DNA of 64,000 bases from an uncultured Candidatus Saccharibacteria bacterium (GCA_964440545.1 CAYTSO010000003.1:35184-99183), one strand, 5' to 3'. Shown: positions 56,117 to 64,000, counted from the stretch's first letter. Notes: generated from the sequence alone by a model not told the origin. Made by a program: numbers and translations.

Positions 56117-57205
56117 CTATCTTATCATTGTTGCCAGTTCTGGCTCTTTGTTTACTAGCAGGACATTAAACCTCAAATGACCAATTGTTTTCCCTTCTAT
56201 TGTTTTTATATTTATTCGCCACTTCCCTGTTCCTAAATTTGAACGCATAGAATAGGTTCGGAAGCCACCATCCCGTCCACCAATAACCGGCAAATTAATT
56301 ACTTTATCAGTTATCCATTCTTCTTGATTTTCATTGTAATGTTGCCATTCGTGAACAATTGTTGTATCTAGGTTACTAGGAGAGAAAATTGCGCTAAAGG
56401 CATATGTGGGTGTTCCTGGGGCTTTATTAAAATCCGGATAAAGCCTGAAATAGTGCCACCAGCTCTTTTTCTCATAACTAGCAAGATAATTTCCGGTATT
56501 CGTTTTTTGTATAGAATAATAGACACCGGCATCTTTGAGAGAAAGCGGAATAGGTGGAAGGAGATTAGCAAAATATAATAAATTAACCAAAACAAAAATA
56601 CCTACAACTAAGGAGATAACTAATTTTTTACTTTCAGCAAAATTATCTTTTGTAAAGCGGAAGAGAATTATTATAAAAAGACTAATGAATATTAAACTAA
56701 TTAAGCCAGAAAGTAAAAATATTTTTGTGCCAATTTGGTGTAAAATTACCGGTATCAAAAAAATTGCAAAGGCGTAAATTGAAAGAAAGAATAAACTTAT
56801 TTGAAAACTTAATCGAACATAATGCCGTTTCATTGATTCATTGGCGATGAAGGCGAGCAAGAGGATAAAAACAAAAGGCCAGGTTACAAGGATGTCGGCA
56901 CTGCGGAAATAAAAAACCAGATAAGTAGAAAGAATTCCTCCAAAGAAGAACTGCAAAATATTTACATACCAAAAATGAGCTTTTTGCGGATTCTTTTCAT
57001 TTCCTGGTTCAGTGTCGTGCAGGTGGATGAGTAGAATAAAAATACCCACAACTAGTAAGTGTCCAAGAATCCAAATATTTTCCCAGAGGGTGTCCACCCT
57101 CTTTAGGGTGATGGCGTCAAAGACGAAACCAAATATTAGGGAAAATGATGAAATTGGCCGCTCAAAGCGACCATAAAAATTTCGAATTGGTTGTATTAAA
57201 AACAT
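56117..57205 (-). CDS. polytopic membrane protein with ~120-aa C-terminal extracytoplasmic domain, unknown function
   Basis: ATG at 57205 lies 7 nt downstream of a TATAAT hexamer. About eight TM helices. The track ORF extension to 57562 runs through a GC-rich element containing a terminator hairpin and is probably non-coding. Confidence 0.5.
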   Translation of the reverse strand: MFLIQPIRNFYGRFERPISSFSLIFGFVFDAITLKRVDTLWENIWILGHLLVVGIFILLIHLHDTEPGNEKNPQKAHFWYVNILQFFFGGILSTYLVFYFRSADILVTWPFVFILLLAFIANESMKRHYVRLSFQISLFFLSIYAFAIFLIPVILHQIGTKIFLLSGLISLIFISLFIIILFRFTKDNFAESKKLVISLVVGIFVLVNLLYFANLLPPIPLSLKDAGVYYSIQKTNTGNYLASYEKKSWWHYFRLYPDFNKAPGTPTYAFSAIFSPSNLDTTIVHEWQHYNENQEEWITDKVINLPVIGGRDGGFRTYSMRSNLGTGKWRINIKTIEGKTIGHLRFNVLLVNKEPELATMIR

Positions 57206-57249
57206 GGATTGATTATACACTACAAATTTAATAAATTTTTGTAAAATGA

Positions 57250-57600
57250 AAGGGGGCCCGAAGGCCCCCGTGGTGATGGTTTTGCGTGGCTGAGATTCCG
57301 GTGGCCACGCGGTTGATGAGACAGTTGCCCAGCTTACGACGGCCCCAGCGTCGTGCCGGGCGGGTTTGTGGCCCCTACTCGGAGGGGCACGACGGTTGCC
57401 GCTCTTGGCGAGCTTTTGGCCGGCCGTAGCGGCCTTGACGGCGTGGACCCCGGCAGCGGCCAAGGCGGCGAACTTTCCTCCCACCCGAGCTGTGTCCTCG
57501 GTGTAGGGGCAGAACGCGACCTCACAAGCGATTGCCGGAAGGTCCGGGACAAACATGAACAATTCTACCCTCCTTTCCTTTGAATTAAAAAATGTACGTT
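57250..57600 (-). other. unclassified GC-rich (about 60-65%) structured element, probably a minus-strand transcript from a promoter at 57610..57638 to a terminator at 57254..57271
   Basis: Sharp GC jump in a roughly 35% GC genome. Multiple hairpins (CCGGACCTTCCGG, ACGACG-N7-CGTCGT, CGTGGC-N13-GCCACG). Promoter and terminator flank it. Confidence 0.4.
57254..57271 (-). terminator. intrinsic terminator (minus strand)
   Basis: GGGGGCC-UUCG-GGCCCCC followed by UUUCAUUUU on the minus strand. Confidence 0.5.
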
Positions 57601-57609
57601 ACAGTTAAT

Positions 57610-57638
57610 AGTATATACTATATACAAAAACTTGTCAA
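57610..57638 (-). promoter_or_regulatory. near-consensus sigma-70 promoter on minus strand (TTGACA-17-TATACT)
   Basis: The minus strand reads TTGACAagtttttgtatatagtaTATACT. The -35 box is a perfect consensus. Confidence 0.45.
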
Positions 57639-57644
57639 GTGAGC

Positions 57645-57683
57645 AAAAAAATGCCGCCCCTGTTAAAATTGGGCGGCTTGATG
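57645..57683 (-). terminator. intrinsic terminator (minus strand) closing a second short GC-rich hairpin cluster (57684..57790)
   Basis: GCCGCCC-AATTTTAACAGG-GGCGGC followed by ATTTTTTTG on the minus strand. Confidence 0.4.
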
Positions 57684-58054
57684 ACTAACTGCGTCCTGGT
57701 AGACTAGTTTTGAAAAGCAGGACGACCGATGTCGTAGCAGAGGAATGAAGAAAGGGGGTTACGACGCCCACGCATGTGGGTTAAAACAGATGAGCAAACC
57801 AAATAAAATATACCACTTATTAATTTTTTTTGCAATATCCTGCTGCGATGCTTAGGCTAGTACCACTAGAGGTGAGCTGTCGTAAGGGTATTCTAGCATT
57901 TTTTCGTCTAGTGAAATGACGGCTTTGGGTCAATATATGAAATGTTGTTTTTCCTTGTTTTACTGTGAAATTTACTGTGATGACTTTGGTCTGGTACCGG
58001 ACAAAAAATTATCGCGCGCTATACTAAAAACATCACGATAGATGTGGTGATACT

Positions 58055-58462
58055 ATGTCTAATTTAAATACATTAAAACCTTTTCAATCAGGATTTGATT
58101 CGAGAAGAAATACAAAAGGAAGACCTAAAGGTGTTCGTAATATGAAAACAATTTTGTCTCAAAAATTGATGCAATATGTTGGTGAAGGTAAAAACAAAAC
58201 TCAACTTCAAGATGTTTTGATAAATAGGATTATTGATAAAGCTCTCAAAGGAGATAGGAAAATGATTCAGCTTATTTGGGAATATATGGATGGTAAGCCA
58301 CCAAAATGGAAAGGTGATCCTGTCCTTCAATCAAAAAGATATACGGAAAAGAAGACGGAAATTTCACCAGAAGATGAAGCTAAAATACAAGAATTATTTG
58401 GATCAAGACCAATCAACCCTACCCAAGAATCTCGACCCGATTCCAAGGTGTCTGTAACTTAA
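58055..58462 (+). CDS. hypothetical basic protein (mobile-element associated)
   Basis: 135 aa with N-terminal RRNTKGRPKGVRN. No further motif. Confidence 0.4.
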   Translation: MSNLNTLKPFQSGFDSRRNTKGRPKGVRNMKTILSQKLMQYVGEGKNKTQLQDVLINRIIDKALKGDRKMIQLIWEYMDGKPPKWKGDPVLQSKRYTEKKTEISPEDEAKIQELFGSRPINPTQESRPDSKVSVT

Positions 58463-58644
58463 CTTCCTTTTGAGAAAATGTGTAGAGGGAGTTATCCACT
58501 TAACACAAAGACCCTTTTAATAGGGTCTTTGTTGAGTAGGTGTGTATTTTGATCGCTATCGGGCGTGCAATTCTGGAAAACTGAATTCTGCTGATCGTAT
58601 CAAGTCCTCAAGCTCTATCGACTTTATCACTTTTCTCATTCAAC

Positions 58645-58830
58645 CTAATTTGTTTCATCTACAACAGTTGCGTCCTTAGCATTTAACTTTGTCCACTCGA
58701 TTGAATATTTTGCATCTGTTTTGTTGATGTAACTTTCACTACTCTTTGCAATAATCTTTCCGTTTTTATCAGATTTTAAAATCCAATAAAATTGACCAGA
58801 TATTGTCTTCTGAAGTTTAAATTTTGCCAT
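58645..58830 (-). CDS. YegP-like (DUF1508/UPF0339) small protein
   Basis: MAKFKLQKTISGQFYWILKSDKNGKIIAKSSESYINKTDAKYSIEW matches the YegP repeat pattern (G.F.F.LKA.NGE.IA.SE.Y). Confidence 0.55.
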   Translation of the reverse strand: MAKFKLQKTISGQFYWILKSDKNGKIIAKSSESYINKTDAKYSIEWTKLNAKDATVVDETN

Positions 58831-59026
58831 ACAAAAATAAAATTTAATTTACTAATAATATCGACCTGATAAAGAACGACCTTTCCTTATCATAACTCTT
58901 ATATAAATCGAGGTCAGGTAAATTTTTTCTAAAATTTGTTAATCAAATGTGGATAAGTTTGCCTAGACTTTCGGTTTTTATTCGGTTATAATACAAATGT
59001 AGCAAATTTAAGCATCTATAGCAAAT

Positions 59027-60604
59027 ATGACTAATATCACAAAAAAACAAAAACAAGTTTTTGACTTCATAAACAGCTATAGAGCTGAGAATGGCATTTC
59101 CCCTACCATAGAAGAAATACGAAAAAAACTTAAACTCAAAGCAGTATCTACTATCCACGAACATATTAAATCACTTCAAGACAAAGGGTATCTATCGAAG
59201 AGTGATAATTCTCCAAGAAGTATTGAGCCGACAAAGACAATTCGATCTGTTATTGATATTCCTGTTTTGGGAACTATTGCAGCTGGTCAACCAATCGAAG
59301 CAATAGAAAATTCTCAAGACACAATATCAATAATTAATCCTACGATTAAATCTTCTCAAGGTTATTACGCTTTAAGAGTTGCCGGAGATAGTATGATAGA
59401 AGAAGGTATATTTGATGGAGATATTGTTATCATTAAAAAACAATCAGTCGCGGAAAACGGACAAACTGTAGTTGCCATCATAGACGACAACGAAGCTACC
59501 CTTAAAAAGCTTTATCGCGAAAAATCTCGTTTTAGATTAGAACCAAGAAATCAAAACATGCTACCTTTTTTCAGAAAAGAAGTTGAGGTAAGAGGTGTTG
59601 TTGTTCAAGTAATTAGAAATATCAATAATCAAGAAATAGCAACTGTTTCAAAAAAAACTAAACATGGATTTAAAACCATTGACCTATTTGCAGGTGTAGG
59701 AGGTATCAGACTAGGCTTTGAAAAAGCTGGTTTTGAGACCGTCTTTGCAAATGATTTTGAAAAGCAATGTAAAGAAACATATGATTTAAACTTTCCAACT
59801 TCCAAACTAGTCATTGAAGATATAAGGCAAGTAGGAATTGAAGATTTACCTCAATTTGATTTTCTACTTGGGGGTTTTCCCTGCCAAGCATTTTCTATCG
59901 CAGGATACAGACAAGGTTTCAAAGATGAAAAAGGGCGTGGAAACTTATTTTTTGATATTGCCAGGATTATCGACGCAAGAAAGCCGGCTGGATTTCTATT
60001 AGAAAACGTAAAAAATCTAAAGAGCCACGATGGCGGTAAGACCTTCAAAATAATTGAACAAACATTAACAGATCTTGGATATCACATTAAAACCAAAGTA
60101 TTAAACAGTATGGAATATGGAAATATTCCCCAAAACAGAGAGCGTATCTACATAGTGGGCTTTAGAGATAAAAACTATACGGATAAATTTGAATTTCCTG
60201 ACCCAATAAAATTGAATGTTAAAATTACTGATTTACTCGAAAAGAATGTTCCAGAGAAATATTATTACAATGGTAAACCTCTTTTTGAAAAATTAAAAGA
60301 TTTTGTAAAAGAAGAAGGAAAAGTTTATCAGTGGCGAAGACAATATGTGAGAGAAAACAAGAAAGGTGTATGTCCTACCCTTACTGCAAACATGGGCATG
60401 GGCGGACACAACGTTCCTATCATAAAAGACAAAAAAGGTATAAGAAAGTTAACTCCTTTAGAGTGTTTTAGAATTCAGGGATTTCCTAAAAATTATACGT
60501 TACCTAAAATAGCCGACTCTGCTTTATATAAACAAGCTGGAAACTCTGTTAGTGTACCTGTTATTGAGGCGGTAGCAAAAAGGATGATGGTCGCTATGGA
60601 ATAA
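59027..60604 (+). CDS. fusion protein: full-length LexA-type repressor (HTH + S24 autopeptidase) fused to DNA (cytosine-5)-methyltransferase
   Basis: Residues 1 to about 205: LTKKQKQVFDFI..EEIRKKLKL.STIHEHIKSLQDKGYL (LexA wHTH), Ala-Gly cleavage site in IAAGQPIEA, VAGDSMIEEGI (catalytic Ser), TVVAIIDDNEATLKKL (catalytic Lys). Residues about 215-525: DLFAGVGG (motif I), GGFPCQAFS (IV), LLENVKNL (VI), QNRERIYIVG (VIII), QAGNSVSVPV (X). Single uninterrupted ORF. Confidence 0.8.
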   Translation: MTNITKKQKQVFDFINSYRAENGISPTIEEIRKKLKLKAVSTIHEHIKSLQDKGYLSKSDNSPRSIEPTKTIRSVIDIPVLGTIAAGQPIEAIENSQDTISIINPTIKSSQGYYALRVAGDSMIEEGIFDGDIVIIKKQSVAENGQTVVAIIDDNEATLKKLYREKSRFRLEPRNQNMLPFFRKEVEVRGVVVQVIRNINNQEIATVSKKTKHGFKTIDLFAGVGGIRLGFEKAGFETVFANDFEKQCKETYDLNFPTSKLVIEDIRQVGIEDLPQFDFLLGGFPCQAFSIAGYRQGFKDEKGRGNLFFDIARIIDARKPAGFLLENVKNLKSHDGGKTFKIIEQTLTDLGYHIKTKVLNSMEYGNIPQNRERIYIVGFRDKNYTDKFEFPDPIKLNVKITDLLEKNVPEKYYYNGKPLFEKLKDFVKEEGKVYQWRRQYVRENKKGVCPTLTANMGMGGHNVPIIKDKKGIRKLTPLECFRIQGFPKNYTLPKIADSALYKQAGNSVSVPVIEAVAKRMMVAME

Positions 60605-60605
60605 G

Positions 60606-61649
60606 TTATTTGTTGTAAACTTTATCAAAAGCCTTAATCATTTTGTCTGTAGAATCTTTTGCAAATACTTCAAAAGAATTTTTCACCGCCAAGTTCTCAT
60701 CCCAGTTTGAACTTCTATCAAATTGAGCTAACTCAATTTTAATAAAACCTGGCAACATTTTCTGATTATTAATTGATAGTGTTTTATCTGTCTTCAAGAA
60801 TACTGACCCTTTATTTTCTTTTACAATAAAGGTGCTTTTTGTATCGCCCTCTATAGAAATTGGTAAATAAATATCACTGCCATTTTCATATATAAATTTA
60901 CTATTTAAAAATTTTATCTTTTTTGGATCTTGTGGCTTAGTAACTTTATCTACATTAGAAACACTCTTCACATATCTTGGGCTAACTTTCGGTTTACAAG
61001 AAACTGTATTCTCTAAAATTTGATCTTTTGTATAAGTACCAATTAATCTGAAGCTACCCACAATCTCAGCCTTCTCAGGTTTAACTGGAGAAATAATACT
61101 AGAATTTTTATCTGATTTTATAAATATAGGATCCGCTTTAAGTAACTCAGCATTTTTTTCATTAAAAACTTCATCTTCAAATATCATAGTTAAATAATCA
61201 GGAGAAAGGTCCGATTCTACAAAAACATAATAATCATCAATCATTTGAGGTTGTCTAATGCCTAAAAGATATTGATCTTTACGTAAAGCTTTTACTTCAA
61301 CTCTTGGACTATTACCGACCGTTTCCCATCGTCCATCATTATACTGAACAAAAGGAATAGTCTTTTTGTTATCTTTGATACCTATAATATCTGGTGCATT
61401 CTTTTCAGACTCATTGTTATATAGAAAATAGTCTGGCACCGCTTTATATGGTTTGTCTTGTAAAAGACTATCAAAAACCGCTGTCTCAGCTAATTTATTT
61501 AACCATCTTTCAATAAAACCACCGACAAGATCTCTCTTTGAAGATGTTCCTTGCATGTGTAAAGAATCAGAACTATATTTCATTAATATAAAATATATAG
61601 TTCTTATTAACTCCTCTTTTGTTATTTCGATTTTTGGATATTTACTCAC
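60606..61649 (-). CDS. candidate type II restriction endonuclease (PD-(D/E)xK) partner of the methyltransferase
   Basis: Convergent, 1-nt gap to the MTase gene. Possible ..APDIIGIK..(27)..RVEVKALRK PD...E.K motif. No other homology recognised. Confidence 0.35.
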   Translation of the reverse strand: MSKYPKIEITKEELIRTIYFILMKYSSDSLHMQGTSSKRDLVGGFIERWLNKLAETAVFDSLLQDKPYKAVPDYFLYNNESEKNAPDIIGIKDNKKTIPFVQYNDGRWETVGNSPRVEVKALRKDQYLLGIRQPQMIDDYYVFVESDLSPDYLTMIFEDEVFNEKNAELLKADPIFIKSDKNSSIISPVKPEKAEIVGSFRLIGTYTKDQILENTVSCKPKVSPRYVKSVSNVDKVTKPQDPKKIKFLNSKFIYENGSDIYLPISIEGDTKSTFIVKENKGSVFLKTDKTLSINNQKMLPGFIKIELAQFDRSSNWDENLAVKNSFEVFAKDSTDKMIKAFDKVYNK

Positions 61650-61749
61650 AATATCTCAAGAATATCTGAAAATTGACTAAAAATCAATTTTACTGCATGG
61701 AATATAGACTCATCTGGACTTCGTCCCTCCATCCGGTATGTTCGTGTAT

Positions 61750-63066
61750 ATGGAGAATATAGCCATACAGAATCAATATTTTCACACCAACATCACGGAA
61801 CAGGAACCTCTCAGATATTGTTTATATGCTCGAAAATCAAGTGAGGCAGAAGAAAAACAAGCTCTTTCTATAGATTCACAAATCAAAGAAATGCTCTTGA
61901 TTGCTCAAAGAGAAAATCTGAATATTGTTGATATGTATCGAGAATCACATTCAGCAAAAGATTGTGGGCAAAGACCTGTATTCAATCAATTGTTGACTGA
62001 TATTCGCGAAGGTAAATTTAATGGAATATTAGTGTGGCATCCTGACAGACTTTCAAGAAATGCTGGGGACTTGGGAGCCGTTGTAGATTTACTCGATCAA
62101 AAGAAACTTATAGAGATCCGAACATACAGTCAAAAATTTACTAACAATCCGAATGAAAAGTTTCTTCTGATGATTCTTGGTTCGCAAGCAAAACTTGAAA
62201 ATGATAACAAGAGTATTAATGTGAAGCGTGGGCTAAAAACAAAATGCGAGATGGGGCTATGGCCAAGTGTTGCACCAACCGGATATTTAAATTCAAAAAA
62301 TAAAGATCAAAAAGGAACTGTATTCATTGACCCTGTACGAGCACCAATTATTAAACAAATGTTTGAGAAGGTATCTAATGAGGGTTGGAGTGGTAGAAAA
62401 TTATTTAGATGGTTAAAAGATATACGATTTGTAACAAGAACAGGAAAATATCTAACACTGAGTAATGTATATGTAATATTGAATAATCATTTTTATTATG
62501 GATCTTTTGAATATCCAAAGAATAGTGGTCGATGGTTTCAAGGTAAACACGTGCCAATAATTTCAAAAGATTTATTTGATGCAGTACAAAAGCATTTAAA
62601 ACTACAGATCAAAGTCCATTCCAAAAATAAGGAATTTGCTTTCACTAAACTTCTCTCTTGTGGAGTATGTGGCTCTGGTGTTACCGCTCAAGAAAAATAC
62701 AAAAACCTCAAAGATGGATCAATAAACAAATATATTTATTACGGTTGTACAAGAGCAAAAGATATTAATTGCAAAGAAGGATATATTGAAGAAAAAGTTT
62801 TGATTGCACAATTACTTGTAATTATTGATCGAATTGACTTAGACAGGTCAGGTATAAAGAAAAAACTAGAAGCAGAAATTGAGCGTCACAAAAAATTCCA
62901 CTCGGGTATTATGGGAAAATCTGAGGAGGAATATCATGCAAAAGATGCAGATATCAGGAACTACGCAAAATACTTATTGAATGAAGGATCGATGTTTGAG
63001 AAGAGAGATTTGTTGACGTGCTTGAAAAGTAAGATAAGTTTGAAGGATAAAAAAATTATTTTGTAA
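61750..63066 (+). CDS. large serine recombinase (resolvase/invertase catalytic domain + recombinase domain + zinc ribbon)
   Basis: YARKSSEAEEKQALSIDSQ (catalytic Ser in Y-x-R-x-S-S), a large recombinase domain, and CGVCGS...YYGCTRAK zinc ribbon. The track ORF starts 61738. ATG at 61750 is equally plausible. Confidence 0.8.
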   Translation: MENIAIQNQYFHTNITEQEPLRYCLYARKSSEAEEKQALSIDSQIKEMLLIAQRENLNIVDMYRESHSAKDCGQRPVFNQLLTDIREGKFNGILVWHPDRLSRNAGDLGAVVDLLDQKKLIEIRTYSQKFTNNPNEKFLLMILGSQAKLENDNKSINVKRGLKTKCEMGLWPSVAPTGYLNSKNKDQKGTVFIDPVRAPIIKQMFEKVSNEGWSGRKLFRWLKDIRFVTRTGKYLTLSNVYVILNNHFYYGSFEYPKNSGRWFQGKHVPIISKDLFDAVQKHLKLQIKVHSKNKEFAFTKLLSCGVCGSGVTAQEKYKNLKDGSINKYIYYGCTRAKDINCKEGYIEEKVLIAQLLVIIDRIDLDRSGIKKKLEAEIERHKKFHSGIMGKSEEEYHAKDADIRNYAKYLLNEGSMFEKRDLLTCLKSKISLKDKKIIL

Positions 63067-63967
63067 CCGCAACCTGTTGAATAACAGCTGATCCTTTATG
63101 GTTTTCAACTATTTTTGAAGCAAATGTACTACCGAGAGTATGCATCATTGCGTGATGAACAGATAAAACATTTTCTTGAAGAACTTGGTCTTCTTCCAAT
63201 TTTTCAACGATTAATCCTATTTCAACACATTTTGAATAAGATAGGTGTCTTCCATGAGAAAGACTTACAGAATGGTCCCCGAGTTCTTTAATAATTTTAT
63301 CAATCGTTGCTTTCTTTTCATGAGCATTTGTAACATTAGAAAACATTCTTATTCCGAGCTTTTCTCTAGCAATATCTTCTGCCCACTTTAATGCTTGCTG
63401 ACACTCTCCAACAAGTGTAGGTGTATATTTTGCAATTATAGGTTGCCAAACAAAAACCTTACTCTGATCAGCCTTGATTTCTTCATGAGCTTTTTTAAAT
63501 TCTTCTAAAACTCCATGGGCTGCAACCATACCATAAGGCGTATTAAACTGTGGATCAATAGGACCAAGGCTAGAATGTTTCCCCATTAAAATTTTATTTG
63601 ATGAACAAGCAATCATTGTTCCACCAGACATTGCTAATTGAGGAACAATTACGCGAATATCTTCAAACATAGTCATTAAATAATCAATTATTGATTCTGT
63701 TGCAGCAATATCACCACCAGGAGTATGAAGAATGAGATCAAGTCCCTTGGTTCGATCTAAACCTTTAATGGTTGCCATGAAAGCATTCTTATCTAAGTCG
63801 TTTATACCCAAATTGGGAGCACCATTCTTTTGCAACCAACCACTATAGTAAGCAATCACATTTCTTTTGGTATAATTTTGAAGACGTTTCAAATACCTCC
63901 TTCGAATACCATCGAAGTCACCTCTGCTTTTTTGTAATTCATTTAATATGCCTGTCCAGTCTGCCAT
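63056..63967 (-). CDS. ClpP/crotonase-fold serine protease, S49/SDH-like family
   Basis: LILHTPGGDIAATESIIDYL and PQLAMSGGTMIACSSNKILMGKHSSLGPIDPQ resemble the serine dehydrogenase proteinase / SppA-like active-site region. Confidence 0.55.
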   Translation of the reverse strand: MADWTGILNELQKSRGDFDGIRRRYLKRLQNYTKRNVIAYYSGWLQKNGAPNLGINDLDKNAFMATIKGLDRTKGLDLILHTPGGDIAATESIIDYLMTMFEDIRVIVPQLAMSGGTMIACSSNKILMGKHSSLGPIDPQFNTPYGMVAAHGVLEEFKKAHEEIKADQSKVFVWQPIIAKYTPTLVGECQQALKWAEDIAREKLGIRMFSNVTNAHEKKATIDKIIKELGDHSVSLSHGRHLSYSKCVEIGLIVEKLEEDQVLQENVLSVHHAMMHTLGSTFASKIVENHKGSAVIQQVAVTK

Positions 63968-64000
63968 GTTGATACTTGAATAAGTTTATTATTTTCTTTA

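Larger units (their letters stand above)
57600..64000. mobile_element. candidate integrated mobile element / genomic island (extends beyond window end)
   Basis: Contains a large serine recombinase, an RM pair, an S49-like protease, a YegP-like protein and a phage-like basic protein. The housekeeping gene run ends at about 57.2 kb. Boundaries and att sites were not identified. Confidence 0.35.

Noticed and set aside
57206-57562. N-terminal 119 codons of track ORF 56117..57562 (Ala/Pro/Arg-rich)
   Set aside because: The region is GC-rich and contains a strong intrinsic terminator hairpin. The product is low-complexity. A TATAAT element plus ATG at 57205 gives a sensible start for the membrane protein. 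This is kept as an open question in the findings rather than annotated as CDS.
57334-57583. Two short ORFs (57334..57552 minus, 57353..57583 plus) in the GC-rich element
   Set aside because: Pro/Ser/Gly/Arg-rich products typical of chance ORFs in GC-rich sequence. No RBS in frame.
57250-57790. Tried to read the GC-rich segments as RNase P RNA, tmRNA, SRP RNA or a tRNA
   Set aside because: The minus strand has GGAGGAAAGUUCGCC, close to the P4 GGAGGAAAGUCCGGGC of RNase P RNA. It also has ACAAACCCGCCCGG, which could be a partner for that P4 stem. The similarity does not extend. I found no convincing T-arm GGUUCGAAUCC and no SRP GGAA-tetraloop domain IV. There is not enough evidence to call any specific RNA family.
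58831-59026. Searched upstream of the LexA-MTase for an SOS-box-like palindrome
   Set aside because: Only a weak 6-bp inverted repeat, ACCTGA...TCAGGT, separated by about 44 nt. No CTGT-N8-ACAG or GAAC-N4-GTTC-type box. The LexA box of this lineage is unknown, so the search is inconclusive rather than negative.
1-64000. Looked for CRISPR arrays, rRNA and tRNA genes
   Set aside because: No regularly spaced direct repeats. The intergenic regions are almost all under 120 nt. No cloverleaf/T-loop candidates were found in the few longer ones (50087..50365, 57206..58054).

Overview
This window is a compact, low-GC (about 35%) stretch of bacterial chromosome with tightly packed, often overlapping genes and a reduced housekeeping gene set. 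That composition is typical of Candidate Phyla Radiation / Patescibacteria-like genomes. I found no rRNA, tRNA or CRISPR array.

Most of the window is conserved core genes, all assigned from recognisable protein motifs.
- Translation and chaperones: typA/bipA; the ribosomal cluster infA-rpmJ-rpsM-rpsK-rpsD-rpoA-rplQ followed by rplM-rpsI; a grpE-dnaK-dnaJ chaperone locus; rplU, rpmA and rplI.
- tRNA charging and RNA modification: alaS (short form), cysS, trpS, aspS and gltX, plus mnmA and rsmE.
- Replication and segregation: dnaB, recR and scpAB.
- Cell wall: mltG, mraY-ftsW-murG, PBP2, a CtpA-type S41 protease, M23 and M15 peptidases, and yvcK.

Five things stand out.
1. Inside the dnaK-dnaJ locus sit two paralogous copies of a two-gene module. 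Each copy is a soluble TraG/VirD4-like (type IV coupling-protein family) P-loop ATPase plus a ~580-aa cysteine-rich multi-zinc-ribbon protein of unrecognised family. The second copy is translationally coupled to dnaJ. The two Cys-rich genes have nearly identical 5' and 3' ends.
2. A putative restriction-modification locus inside an apparent integrated element at 57.6-64 kb. The element also carries a large serine recombinase, an S49/SDH-like protease, a YegP-like protein and a small basic protein. In the RM locus the DNA C5-cytosine methyltransferase is fused in one ORF to a complete, apparently autoproteolytic LexA repressor. It is convergent with a candidate PD-(D/E)xK endonuclease.
3. One sharply high-GC gene, a purB-like adenylosuccinate lyase bounded by terminators. 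It looks horizontally acquired.
4. A ~300 nt high-GC, hairpin-rich element with its own near-consensus promoter and an intrinsic terminator, upstream of a membrane-protein gene. It may be a riboswitch-like leader or a small RNA. I could not classify it.
5. A perfect 18-bp palindrome and a related AT-rich palindrome at the cutA and dnaK promoters. A PaaX-like regulator is encoded divergently from dnaK.
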